A stretch of DNA of 46,867 nucleotides from an uncultured Gammaproteobacteria bacterium (GTDB lineage Bacteria > Patescibacteriota > Patescibacteriia > 2-12-FULL-60-25). Made by a program: the position numbers and the translations under genes. Below the pieces are notes generated by a model. It was not told where the DNA came from. It was given only the letters and a program-made list of their open reading frames with translations, and made no database searches. The stretch covers positions 1-46,867 of the forward strand of contig CAZXFK010000001.1 of the NCBI GenBank assembly GCA_964640115.1, read 5' to 3'. Shown one piece after another: positions 17,721 through 25,480 of the stretch (the stretch's first letter is position 1; each line of letters begins with the position of its first letter).

Positions 17721-17725
17721 CAATA

Positions 17726-17746
17726 AAACAGCCGCAAGGCTGTTTT
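17726..17746 (+). terminator. Rho-independent terminator after hup
   Basis: AAACAGCC-GCAA-GGCTGTTT followed by T. Confidence 0.65.
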
Positions 17747-17750
17747 AAAA

Positions 17751-17925
17751 TTGTCTGAACCTTGATTCCCTCCAAAGGCAAGCAGGCGCCTGATTAAATG
17801 ATTCCAAACCGATTTTCAAATTGTATAATTGTTCTTAAAATTTCTTTACATTTGACATTCGACGTTTGACGTTAGACATCAAATAATCAAGTTAATCAAA
17901 TAATCATGCGAATCAAGGTTCAGAC
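17751..17925. mobile_element. MITE-like element, TGTCTGAACCTTGATT family (copy 1)
   Basis: Termini TTGTCTGAACCTTGATTC and GAATCAAGGTTCAGAC are inverted. Inside are a GACNTTN heptamer array (17854-17881) and AATCAAGTTAAT motifs. There is no ORF. The right terminus overlaps the last codons and stop codon of the methyltransferase gene. Confidence 0.6.
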
Positions 17926-18650
17926 TTCTTCCTCACAACCGCAACCAAGTTCCTCCCCCAAAACCTGCCCGTCCATCCTTTACTGTCATAAGCTCCTATT
18001 TTTTCGATTTCCCAATCTTGTTTATCAAAAAGTGACACAAACTCCGGTAAGGTAAATGCATGCACATAACGATTCTTTGGAGTTTTGCCCGCCTTCCAGA
18101 TGTAATGCAAATCGCCTCTATCCCCTCCAATAAATCCGGGGATTCGAAACCATGCATGCTTTATCATGTTCCATGATAAAAACCTTTTGGCCCGCAAATT
18201 CCACACCGACAAAATCATAATCCCCCCGGGTTTTAAGATTCGATGCAATTCTTTAATCGATCTCAGACGTTCCTCATGAGATGGAACGTGATGTAATACG
18301 GCAATACAGGTAACAGCATCCGCAAAATCATCTTGCAAATCCAACTTAGGAAATCCACCATCTACAATCTTCGAGCCCTTGTGTTGCTCTAATCGACTCT
18401 CGGCAAATTCTCTAAGCGAGGCACTGGGCTCTACCCCCACATACTCGACTCCTTGAGGCACAACATCAAGCAACCGCGCATTCCCTGCCCCCACATCAAC
18501 CAAAGTTTGCCCGGGCTTTAAACGGTCCATAAAATCCAACATCAATTCCCACACATGATGCCTTGTGTGACCAAATGCGGTACCCTCGGATTCATAAAAC
18601 TCCGCAACCTCATTTTTAATCTGATCAATTGTTTCTTTTTCCATAATCAC
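17913..18650 (-). CDS. Class I SAM-dependent methyltransferase, Trm9-like
   Basis: SAM motif I is LVDVGAGNARLL. The segment CIAVLHHVPSHEERLRSIKELHRILKPGGIMILSVWN resembles the Trm9/ALKBH8-type signature (AVxHH..s..eR...i.E..R.LkPGG...i.vW). Confidence 0.7.
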   Translation of the reverse strand: MIMEKETIDQIKNEVAEFYESEGTAFGHTRHHVWELMLDFMDRLKPGQTLVDVGAGNARLLDVVPQGVEYVGVEPSASLREFAESRLEQHKGSKIVDGGFPKLDLQDDFADAVTCIAVLHHVPSHEERLRSIKELHRILKPGGIMILSVWNLRAKRFLSWNMIKHAWFRIPGFIGGDRGDLHYIWKAGKTPKNRYVHAFTLPEFVSLFDKQDWEIEKIGAYDSKGWTGRFWGRNLVAVVRKKSEP

Positions 18651-18740
18651 ATCCTACTTTAACCCGCGTCTTTGGGCAATATCAAGCCCTTGATTAAACC
18701 CGCTTTTTCTGTCATGATACACGTCTAGTCGTAACGCAAA

Positions 18741-18896
18741 TTGTCTGAACCACGATTCACTCGATTATAAGATTATCTTGATTATTCATTATATTTCGAA
18801 AGAATATTGCAATAATCCTGTCGTAGATCAAGAGCGCAGTCGAGTTGTTTAATCCTTGCGTGATAATCTTGTTAAGATTGGTTCAAGGTTCAGACA
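18741..18896. mobile_element. MITE-like element, TGTCTGAACC family (copy 2)
   Basis: TTGTCTGAACCACGATT ... CAAGGTTCAGACA inverted termini, about 155 bp, no ORF. It lies in the divergent intergenic region between the methyltransferase and Elp3 genes. Confidence 0.6.
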
Positions 18897-18922
18897 TTTG
18901 CTAGTGACTGATAGCTGAATTT

Positions 18923-21088
18923 ATGTTAATTAAACCTCCGTTGGAAATTGCCAAGACCGTGATAAAGACACTGGCTGATTTGGAATTGCCGACACGGAAG
19001 GATTTGATGATGGTTATACGCAAAACAATTAAAGATTCAAATTACGCTTTCCCAACTTCAATTCAACTTTGGGAGGCTTATCGCGATTTGCAATCTCAAG
19101 GATTTGCCAAAAATGAAAAAATTGAAAAAGTTTTAAAAGTTAAAGATGTGCGTACGGATAGTGGAGTGGCTCCGATAACCGTACTTACCAAACCTTACCC
19201 CTGCCCCGGTAAATGCGTTTATTGCCCCACCGAATACCGCATGCCCAAAAGCTACATCTCCAGCGAACCGGCGGCTGCTCGTGCTCTTAGCCTTGATTTT
19301 GACCCTTACGAGCAAGTTAAACAAAGAGTCCAAGCTTTGGAGCGTAACGGACATACGGCCAACAAAATCGAACTCATTGTGAAAGGCGGCACTTGGTCCG
19401 CTTACCCCAAAGATTACCGCGAGTGGTTCATAACCCGTTGCTTCCAAGCCGCCAACGACCTCGGTAACTCCCCCTCGTCAGAGGGGAGTTCAAGCCCTCT
19501 TGTCAAAGAGGGACATCCAGCGAATGCTGGATTGGAAGATTCCCAATCCATCAACGAAACCTCCGCTTACCGCATCATCGGCCTTACCATTGAAACTCGT
19601 CCCGACCACATCACTCCGGATGAAATCATCCACCTCCGCAAACTCGGAGTTACGAGGGTTGAACTCGGCCTGCAGATCATCAACGATAGAGTTTTAGAAC
19701 TCACTGGACGCGGAACAACCGTCGCCGACGCCGAACTTGCAATCACATTACTTAAAAACGCAGCCTTTAAAGTCGATGTACACATTCTCCCCGGCCAACC
19801 CGGCGCTTCTCGCGAGGATGATTTGGAATCTTTCAAAACTTTATTCGATGATCCCCGCTTTCGCCCCGACATGATCAAACTCTACCCTTGTGTTGTACTC
19901 CCCAACTCCGAATTGTACGAAATAACCAAACGCGGTGATTTCAAACCGCTGGAAGGAGAAGATCTACGCGAGTTACTTATAGAGATGCAAGCAATGATCC
20001 CTTATTATTGCAGGGTCTCGCGCCTTATTCGCGATTTCCCCACGGCCGACATTTCTCACGGCAATAAACAAACCAACTTACGCGAATCAATCGAATCCGA
20101 GATGAACAAGCGCGGTATCAAATGCAAATGCCTGCGTTGCCGTGAAGTCGGCCACGTTCCGGGCGATCATACGAACGACAAAACTCAACTCTTCGAAGAA
20201 CGCTACGAAAACGCCGGCGGAACCGAGGTATTCCTCTCGATCGAAAACCAAGATCGCAGTGCGGTTTTTGGTTTTTGCAGACTAAGACTGCCGAAAATCC
20301 CCCAATCTGACGATTCTCGTCAAATATCCCCCTTTGACAAGGGGGCGGGTTGCAAGGTTGATGAGTTAACCATACATGGCGAAACCCTTCCCTATAACAT
20401 ATTACTGAAAGAAAATGCAAATAAGCTGCGCAACAATCAAACACTTGCCGAAAAAAAACTTTGGTACGATGTTTTATCCAAAGATCAAACCGGATTTCGT
20501 TTTTTAAGACAGAAGCCTATTGATTCATTTATCGCGGATTTCTACTGCTCAAAACTCATGCTTATCATCGAGGTTGATGGTAAAATTCATGAAAAGCAAA
20601 AAGAATACGACGAATCTAGAACATATTGTTTAGAAGATTTAGGCCTAAAAATCATCCGTTACACAAATGAAGAAATTCTTCACAACCTCCCAGATGTAAA
20701 AAAAGATTTAGATCATCATATCCAAATAAGATTAAACGAAATTAAACAAGCAGCCGCCAAAAAAGCATCCATCGAAGCGCCCCCTCGTCAAAGGGGGATA
20801 ATTGCACAAAGTGCGATTTGGGGGATTTACGAAGCTTTCCCCATTCTCAAAACCTCCGCCCAAATCCGCGAGCTCCACACTTATGGGACAGCTTTAAACA
20901 TCAACCAACAAAATCAAGAAGCTTCACAACACAAAGGCTATGGCAGAACTTTGATGGCGAGAGCGGAAGAAATCGCTCAAAACGAAGGCTACGAACACAT
21001 GGCCGTCATCTCCGGCATAGGAGTTCGCGAATATTACAAAAACCTCGGATATCACGAACAAGATACTTACATGGTCAAAGAATTGTAA
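18923..21088 (+). CDS. Elp3-like radical-SAM/GNAT tRNA wobble-uridine modification enzyme carrying in-frame insertions
   Basis: Radical-SAM CPGKCVYCP, the GLTIETRPD and VELGLQ motifs, and a C-terminal GNAT region (IRELHTYG...QHKGYGRTLMARAEEIA...VISGIGVREYYKNLGY). At 721 aa it is clearly longer than I expect for a bacterial or archaeal Elp3, which I recall as roughly 450-550 aa. Confidence 0.82.
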   Translation: MLIKPPLEIAKTVIKTLADLELPTRKDLMMVIRKTIKDSNYAFPTSIQLWEAYRDLQSQGFAKNEKIEKVLKVKDVRTDSGVAPITVLTKPYPCPGKCVYCPTEYRMPKSYISSEPAAARALSLDFDPYEQVKQRVQALERNGHTANKIELIVKGGTWSAYPKDYREWFITRCFQAANDLGNSPSSEGSSSPLVKEGHPANAGLEDSQSINETSAYRIIGLTIETRPDHITPDEIIHLRKLGVTRVELGLQIINDRVLELTGRGTTVADAELAITLLKNAAFKVDVHILPGQPGASREDDLESFKTLFDDPRFRPDMIKLYPCVVLPNSELYEITKRGDFKPLEGEDLRELLIEMQAMIPYYCRVSRLIRDFPTADISHGNKQTNLRESIESEMNKRGIKCKCLRCREVGHVPGDHTNDKTQLFEERYENAGGTEVFLSIENQDRSAVFGFCRLRLPKIPQSDDSRQISPFDKGAGCKVDELTIHGETLPYNILLKENANKLRNNQTLAEKKLWYDVLSKDQTGFRFLRQKPIDSFIADFYCSKLMLIIEVDGKIHEKQKEYDESRTYCLEDLGLKIIRYTNEEILHNLPDVKKDLDHHIQIRLNEIKQAAAKKASIEAPPRQRGIIAQSAIWGIYEAFPILKTSAQIRELHTYGTALNINQQNQEASQHKGYGRTLMARAEEIAQNEGYEHMAVISGIGVREYYKNLGYHEQDTYMVKEL
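20387..20740 (+). mobile_element. DUF559 (Vsr-like endonuclease fold) module embedded in frame within Elp3
   Basis: LPYNILLKENANKLRNNQTLAEKKLWYDVL...FRFLRQKPIDSFIADFYCSKLMLIIEVDGKIHE...RTYCLEDLGLKIIRYTNEEILHN matches the full-length DUF559 pattern. It is flanked by the hairpins CCCCCTTTGACAAGGGGG (20328-20345) and CCCCCTCGTCAAAGGGGG (20780-20797). Confidence 0.75.
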
Positions 21089-21111
21089 AACAGCGCTCAT
21101 GCGCTGTTTTT
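21087..21111. terminator. Bidirectional terminator between the convergent Elp3 and GGDEF genes
   Basis: AAAACAGCGC-TCAT-GCGCTGTTTT. Confidence 0.75.
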
Positions 21112-21113
21112 GA

Positions 21114-23492
21114 TTATGCCAATTCTTTTCTCACTTTTAATATTTTATCTCTATCTTGTTCCGCATCTCTTAATCTTTGCTTCAAAGACAAAATTACATG
21201 CTCTTTGCTATCAGACTCGGATTCAGCTTTACGCAGATCTTGCAACAATCTGGCAATTTCCATTTCCTGCATCTCTTTGACCAAATCATTTCTTAGCAAA
21301 ATAAACTCCAACTCTTGTTGTTTTAATTTATCCTTACCTTTATCTTTAAGTTTCTTGGCTATAAACTCCATCATCTGCCTGTTTATTTCAGCCAAAGAAA
21401 CATTTTTGGATTTATACTCATTAGCCAGCTCCTCGATCAATCTGCGTCCTTCCAGTCCAAATATGGATTTGGATGAATATGAATACAAAACTTCCAAATC
21501 CGCGCCTTCTTGATGATCGGGTTTTGTTCTCATGATTTCTCTGTTAAACAAAAGCACAAATCTGTTAACCGTTTTATCACCTTCAACCAACGCATCCGCG
21601 GTATTGAGCAATTTATCCGGATCAGCCATTTCGGGATCCGAATTTTTTCCGTATGAGGATAATCCGAAATTAAATTGCAAAAATTCATCTTTATATCTCG
21701 TTCGGGCTCCGGAGTGTGGAGGAATACTTTCAACATCGTTTAATGCCGAAAAACGTATATCGTTTATTATTTGATGAACCGTTTCCAGATCATCCGAATT
21801 AACTGTTACAACAAATTCGTCCCCGCCTATTCGATAGGCTTGAGTTCCCAAATATTCGTATTTGCGAGCGATATTATCTAAAACTCTTCCCGCCGCCTTA
21901 ATTGCAGCGTCTCCGGTTTGTTTTCCGCCTTCTTTGTCAAAATATTTTAAAAACGCCATATCAATCGAAACAACGGAAACGGGCTGTGAATCTGCCAAAC
22001 GCGCACCCATTTCTTGAAACAACATCCCTCGATTTTTTAATCCTGTTAAAGTATCTTGTTTAAGCTTATTCACTTCCAACCGCAATTCAGCCAATTCTTT
22101 TTTCTTGCGAAACACTTGATTTTTTGGATCAACAGCTTCCGCTTCTTTTGCCAAGTCTAACTCATCTTCCAACTTTTTTGCCGATAATTCACCTCGCGAC
22201 TGACCCAGGCCATCTAAACGCTTTTTAAAATCATCAACTTTATTTATATCTTCTTTTGTTACTTCCTTTTTACGAGATTTCGAATCCATTTTACTTAAAT
22301 CTTCAACATTAACAACCATTCCTTCTCTCGCTGCTCTTTCGTGCAATTCGTCTATCAATTTTTTTTGCAAATCAATTTCCATCTTAACCGTCATTTCATG
22401 AGAATCTTGGAAATTCCTTATAGCTTCATCACGCGAAACCGTAAACTTAGTTTGATCCCATTGCAACTGATTATAATCCGCTCCCAAAACACCGGCACCT
22501 CTTTCTTGTAAGGCTTTTACAAATTCCGAATAATCAAAAGCTTCCGTTCTACCCGCTTCGGCAAACAATAATCCCAAAGATTTTTTTAAATATTTTTCGT
22601 ATAAATCATTCGGATTCAGTTCATCGGGATTATTTATTATATTCACCATTCTATCCAACCTTGTTTTTATTTTTACAAATTCTCCCAAAACAAACATCCT
22701 TTCCCGCAACAAAGTAATCAATAAATTTTTATCTTTACTTGATTGGTCATTCTCATCAACAGTTTCTTTATCCGCAGTCTCAAAATCAGTCAATTCTTTC
22801 AATAACTCGAAACTATTATTCAATGTGATGGCATGAGCCGCCAAAGGAACGCTTTCCACTTTATGATCAGTTTCAATTTGTATAAGTCCATTCAAACTTT
22901 CAACGATATTGTCAACAATTTCCTTATCAACATCTTTTACTATCACGGCAAAATCATTACCGCTCATTCGATACACCTCAAACATTTGCGGTATTTTTTC
23001 CTCAAGATTTTCATCCTGTAAATGCCGTCTTATATTACCTGCGAATTGCTGTTGAATTTTATCATAGGCCAAACCCAAACCCACATCTCCCAGCCTGTGC
23101 TCGCCTATTGAATTCAATCTGTCCAATTCTCCCATATTAACCAAAATCAAATGATTTTTGTGCAGACTTTCAGAATCTTCAACAAAAGGTTTATCGGATT
23201 CATTTCTGCCAAGACCCATTTCATCCAACAAATCACCCAATTCCAATCCGAAACGCTGACCTTTTTTAGCTCCCGTAATATCTCTTTCCCAAATATAAAA
23301 TTCCAACTCTTGCTTGGCAATTTCCAGATCCAAACTCAATACTTCTCGTTCTTCGTGCAATAACTTTTCCTCACCCGACTTTTCATCATCTGCGAGTAAC
23401 TTATTTTGCAACTCTGCAACTTTTCTATTCTTAACTGCCGTTTCATTTATATATTGCTCGGTTTTCAACCGGCGCATTTCTTGAGGAATCAT
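21114..23492 (-). CDS. Coiled-coil protein with tandem GGDEF-type domains (N-terminal degenerate SGNDF, C-terminal intact GGDEF)
   Basis: The second domain reads LTGLKNRGMLFQEM...VSIDMAFLKYFDKEGGKQTGDAAIKAAG...YRIGGDEFVV, which is canonical. The first reads LVNMGELDRLNSIGEHRLGDVGL...YRMSGNDFAVIV. No RxxD I-site is seen and there is no transmembrane segment. Confidence 0.7.
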   Translation of the reverse strand: MIPQEMRRLKTEQYINETAVKNRKVAELQNKLLADDEKSGEEKLLHEEREVLSLDLEIAKQELEFYIWERDITGAKKGQRFGLELGDLLDEMGLGRNESDKPFVEDSESLHKNHLILVNMGELDRLNSIGEHRLGDVGLGLAYDKIQQQFAGNIRRHLQDENLEEKIPQMFEVYRMSGNDFAVIVKDVDKEIVDNIVESLNGLIQIETDHKVESVPLAAHAITLNNSFELLKELTDFETADKETVDENDQSSKDKNLLITLLRERMFVLGEFVKIKTRLDRMVNIINNPDELNPNDLYEKYLKKSLGLLFAEAGRTEAFDYSEFVKALQERGAGVLGADYNQLQWDQTKFTVSRDEAIRNFQDSHEMTVKMEIDLQKKLIDELHERAAREGMVVNVEDLSKMDSKSRKKEVTKEDINKVDDFKKRLDGLGQSRGELSAKKLEDELDLAKEAEAVDPKNQVFRKKKELAELRLEVNKLKQDTLTGLKNRGMLFQEMGARLADSQPVSVVSIDMAFLKYFDKEGGKQTGDAAIKAAGRVLDNIARKYEYLGTQAYRIGGDEFVVTVNSDDLETVHQIINDIRFSALNDVESIPPHSGARTRYKDEFLQFNFGLSSYGKNSDPEMADPDKLLNTADALVEGDKTVNRFVLLFNREIMRTKPDHQEGADLEVLYSYSSKSIFGLEGRRLIEELANEYKSKNVSLAEINRQMMEFIAKKLKDKGKDKLKQQELEFILLRNDLVKEMQEMEIARLLQDLRKAESESDSKEHVILSLKQRLRDAEQDRDKILKVRKELA

Positions 23493-23571
23493 AATACGTT
23501 ACGATTATATCACGCCGTATTTAATATAAACAAAAAACCGCCCTATGAGAGCGGACAAAAAGCGCGTCAAA

Positions 23572-23835
23572 CTACGAACCAAGCATTTCCTGCAAGCGTT
23601 TGGATAAAGATGTCCGATCGAGCTTGTCGATAGCCGCAAGCACCAATTCCGCATCCTCATCACTCAATTTTTTTATGGATAGCGGGCTATGAAAACAAAT
23701 GTCTCTGTCATAAAGCCGAAGCATTACATCGTAAAGACGCATAATGCCAACCATATGGCTGATATTGGCTTCTCGCAAATATTCCATAAACTTGATAAAA
23801 GCCTGCTCTTGCTTGGACATCTCTTGCTTGGACAT
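23572..23835 (-). CDS. Hypothetical small protein
   Basis: The ORF extends to 23922, which would overlap proS by 29 nt. Internal Met codons at 23835 and 23820 lie within a 15-bp tandem duplication. A terminator-like hairpin lies downstream around 23535-23560. No family recognised. Confidence 0.4.
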   Translation of the reverse strand: MSKQEMSKQEQAFIKFMEYLREANISHMVGIMRLYDVMLRLYDRDICFHSPLSIKKLSDEDAELVLAAIDKLDRTSLSKRLQEMLGS

Positions 23836-23893
23836 AATCCCTCTCAAGGTGCTTGTTCCAACATGACGTATTTTTTGAATTTTGTCAAGAGGT

Positions 23894-25150
23894 TCAGTTG
23901 AATAATTGGAAAATTTCATCAAAAGCCACTATTTTCGCTTCATTTTCAACTCTGGCCTTAACCTCGACTCCGTTTTGATCTAAAGATTTTGGCGATACTA
24001 AAATCCGGAGTGGCAAACCCATCAAATCCGCGTCTCCCAACTTTTCTCCGGCCGAAGCATCCGTTCTGTCATCCCAAAAAACCGATTTACCCGCTCTTTG
24101 CAATTCCTCATATAATCCCTGTGCTGCAACTTGCACTTTTTCATTTACAGCTTCTTCTTTGGAATTCAAAGTTACCAAATGTACATCAGCGGGCGCGACT
24201 TCGATCGGCCAAATCATACCTTTTTCATCATGATGCGCTTCTACAATAGCCCCTACCAAACGTGTTGTACCGATGCCGTAGCATCCCATAATCGGAGTCT
24301 TCTGTTCACCGTTTTCATCATTATATTTTACTCCGAATGCGGACGTGAACTTTTCATGCAAATCAAAAATATTGCCGATTTCGATTCCTTTAACGGCTTC
24401 CAATTTGACTCCGCAGACAGGACAAGCATCACCCGCTTTCATTGTGGCTATTTCAATATTTTGTGCAAAAGTGCAGGCCGGACAAGCCAAAATATCATCC
24501 TCGCCCGCGGGCGTAATAACTTGAAACTCATGGCTGAATTTTTTGGTAAAATCCCCTCCCGATGACTCCACAACCTTGGCATCCAAACCGCATCTCTTAA
24601 AAATCTTCAAATAAGTATGCTTAACCGTTTCGTAATACTTTTCCAAATCTTCTTGCGTAGCATGAAACGAATACAAATCTTTCATACCAAACTCGCGCCC
24701 GCGCAAAATACCGGACTTGGCTCTAAGCTCATCCCTGTATTTTGTTTGAATTTGATAAACCGCGGTCGGCAAATCTTTATATGATTTTACATAAGATCCA
24801 ACCAAAGGCGTAACAACTTCCTCATGAGTCGCGCCCAAAGCATATTCACGCTCGGTCTGTGATTTTAATTTAAACAAAACATCAACTTTATCCCATCTGC
24901 CGGTTGTCTCCCAATTTTCTTTGGATTGCAATGCGGGCATCAGAATCTCTTGTGCTCCTATTGCATTCATCTCTTCGCGGATTATATTTTCAACTTTTCG
25001 TAACACGGTTAACCCCAACGGCAACCACGAATAAACACCCGCCATCTCTTGCCTTACAAAACCGGCTTGCACCAAATACTTGGCATTGGCCGAATCCGCG
25101 TCATGCGGAACATTCTTGCTGGGTTTGGAAATCAAATTGGAATATTTCAT
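23894..25150 (-). CDS. proS: Prolyl-tRNA synthetase, short form lacking the INS editing domain
   Basis: Class II core with a ProRS-type N-terminus (YLVQAGFVRQEMAGVYSWLPLG). Only 418 aa. A short CPAC...CPVC element occupies the usual INS position. Confidence 0.9.
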   Translation of the reverse strand: MKYSNLISKPSKNVPHDADSANAKYLVQAGFVRQEMAGVYSWLPLGLTVLRKVENIIREEMNAIGAQEILMPALQSKENWETTGRWDKVDVLFKLKSQTEREYALGATHEEVVTPLVGSYVKSYKDLPTAVYQIQTKYRDELRAKSGILRGREFGMKDLYSFHATQEDLEKYYETVKHTYLKIFKRCGLDAKVVESSGGDFTKKFSHEFQVITPAGEDDILACPACTFAQNIEIATMKAGDACPVCGVKLEAVKGIEIGNIFDLHEKFTSAFGVKYNDENGEQKTPIMGCYGIGTTRLVGAIVEAHHDEKGMIWPIEVAPADVHLVTLNSKEEAVNEKVQVAAQGLYEELQRAGKSVFWDDRTDASAGEKLGDADLMGLPLRILVSPKSLDQNGVEVKARVENEAKIVAFDEIFQLFN

Positions 25151-25309
25151 ATTGTTTATCAGTATTTTGTATCATCTTAATGCATTTTAAGCAAGACGAA
25201 ATTTCGCAATCAAAAAAACCGTTCATCATCAAAACAAACGGTATTCTCATTTCCCTTTACATTAAACACATAAAAGAAAAACCCTCGCTAAACCCACTGA
25301 TGACCGCAT

Positions 25310-25396
25310 CATCCGTATCAACCGGATAAGAATGGCGTGCCATCCGTATCTACCGGATAAGGATGGCGTGCCATCCGTAGCTTTAGCGAAGGATGG
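25310..25396. repeat. 31-bp tandem hairpin repeat (2.8 copies) abutting the tRNA-Leu 3' end
   Basis: CATCCGTATC(A/T)ACCGGATAAG(A/G)ATGGCGTGC twice, plus a partial third copy that runs into the tRNA CCA end. Each unit folds as CATCCGTATC/GATAAGGATG. Confidence 0.85.
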
Positions 25397-25480
25397 TGGG
25401 CAAGGAGGGACTTGAACCCTCATGACCTTGCGATCGCAGGATTTTGAGTCCTGTGCGTCTACCAATTCCGCCACTCGCCC
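25394..25480 (-). tRNA. tRNA-Leu (anticodon CAA)
   Basis: The reverse complement reads GGGCGAGTGGCGGAATTGGTAGACGCACAGGACTCAAAATCC...GGTTCAAGTCCCTCCTTGCCCACCA. It has a long variable arm, the T-loop GGTTCAAGTCC, and an encoded CCA. Confidence 0.9.

Noticed and set aside
20349-20690. An intein within Elp3 (the insert begins near CKVDELTIHG and contains HN).
   Set aside because: The HN is followed by Leu rather than Cys/Ser/Thr, and it belongs to the conserved DUF559 C-terminal motif (RYTNEEILHN). The segment is too short for an intein, and the recognisable intein blocks A, B, F and G are absent.
20818-21513. Plus-strand 231-aa ORF spanning the Elp3 3' end and the GGDEF gene 3' end.
   Set aside because: It is out of frame with Elp3, reads through the bidirectional terminator, and is antisense to a well-supported gene.
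21114-23492. A stand-alone Cas10-like cyclase, because of the arrangement of two palm domains separated by a helical region.
   Set aside because: The active domain carries canonical GGDEF-family motifs (LTGLKNR, RIGGDEF). There is no N-terminal HD domain, no CRISPR array and no other cas genes in the window.
25262-25474. Minus-strand 70-aa ORF.
   Set aside because: It lies entirely within tRNA-Leu and its 31-bp tandem repeats.
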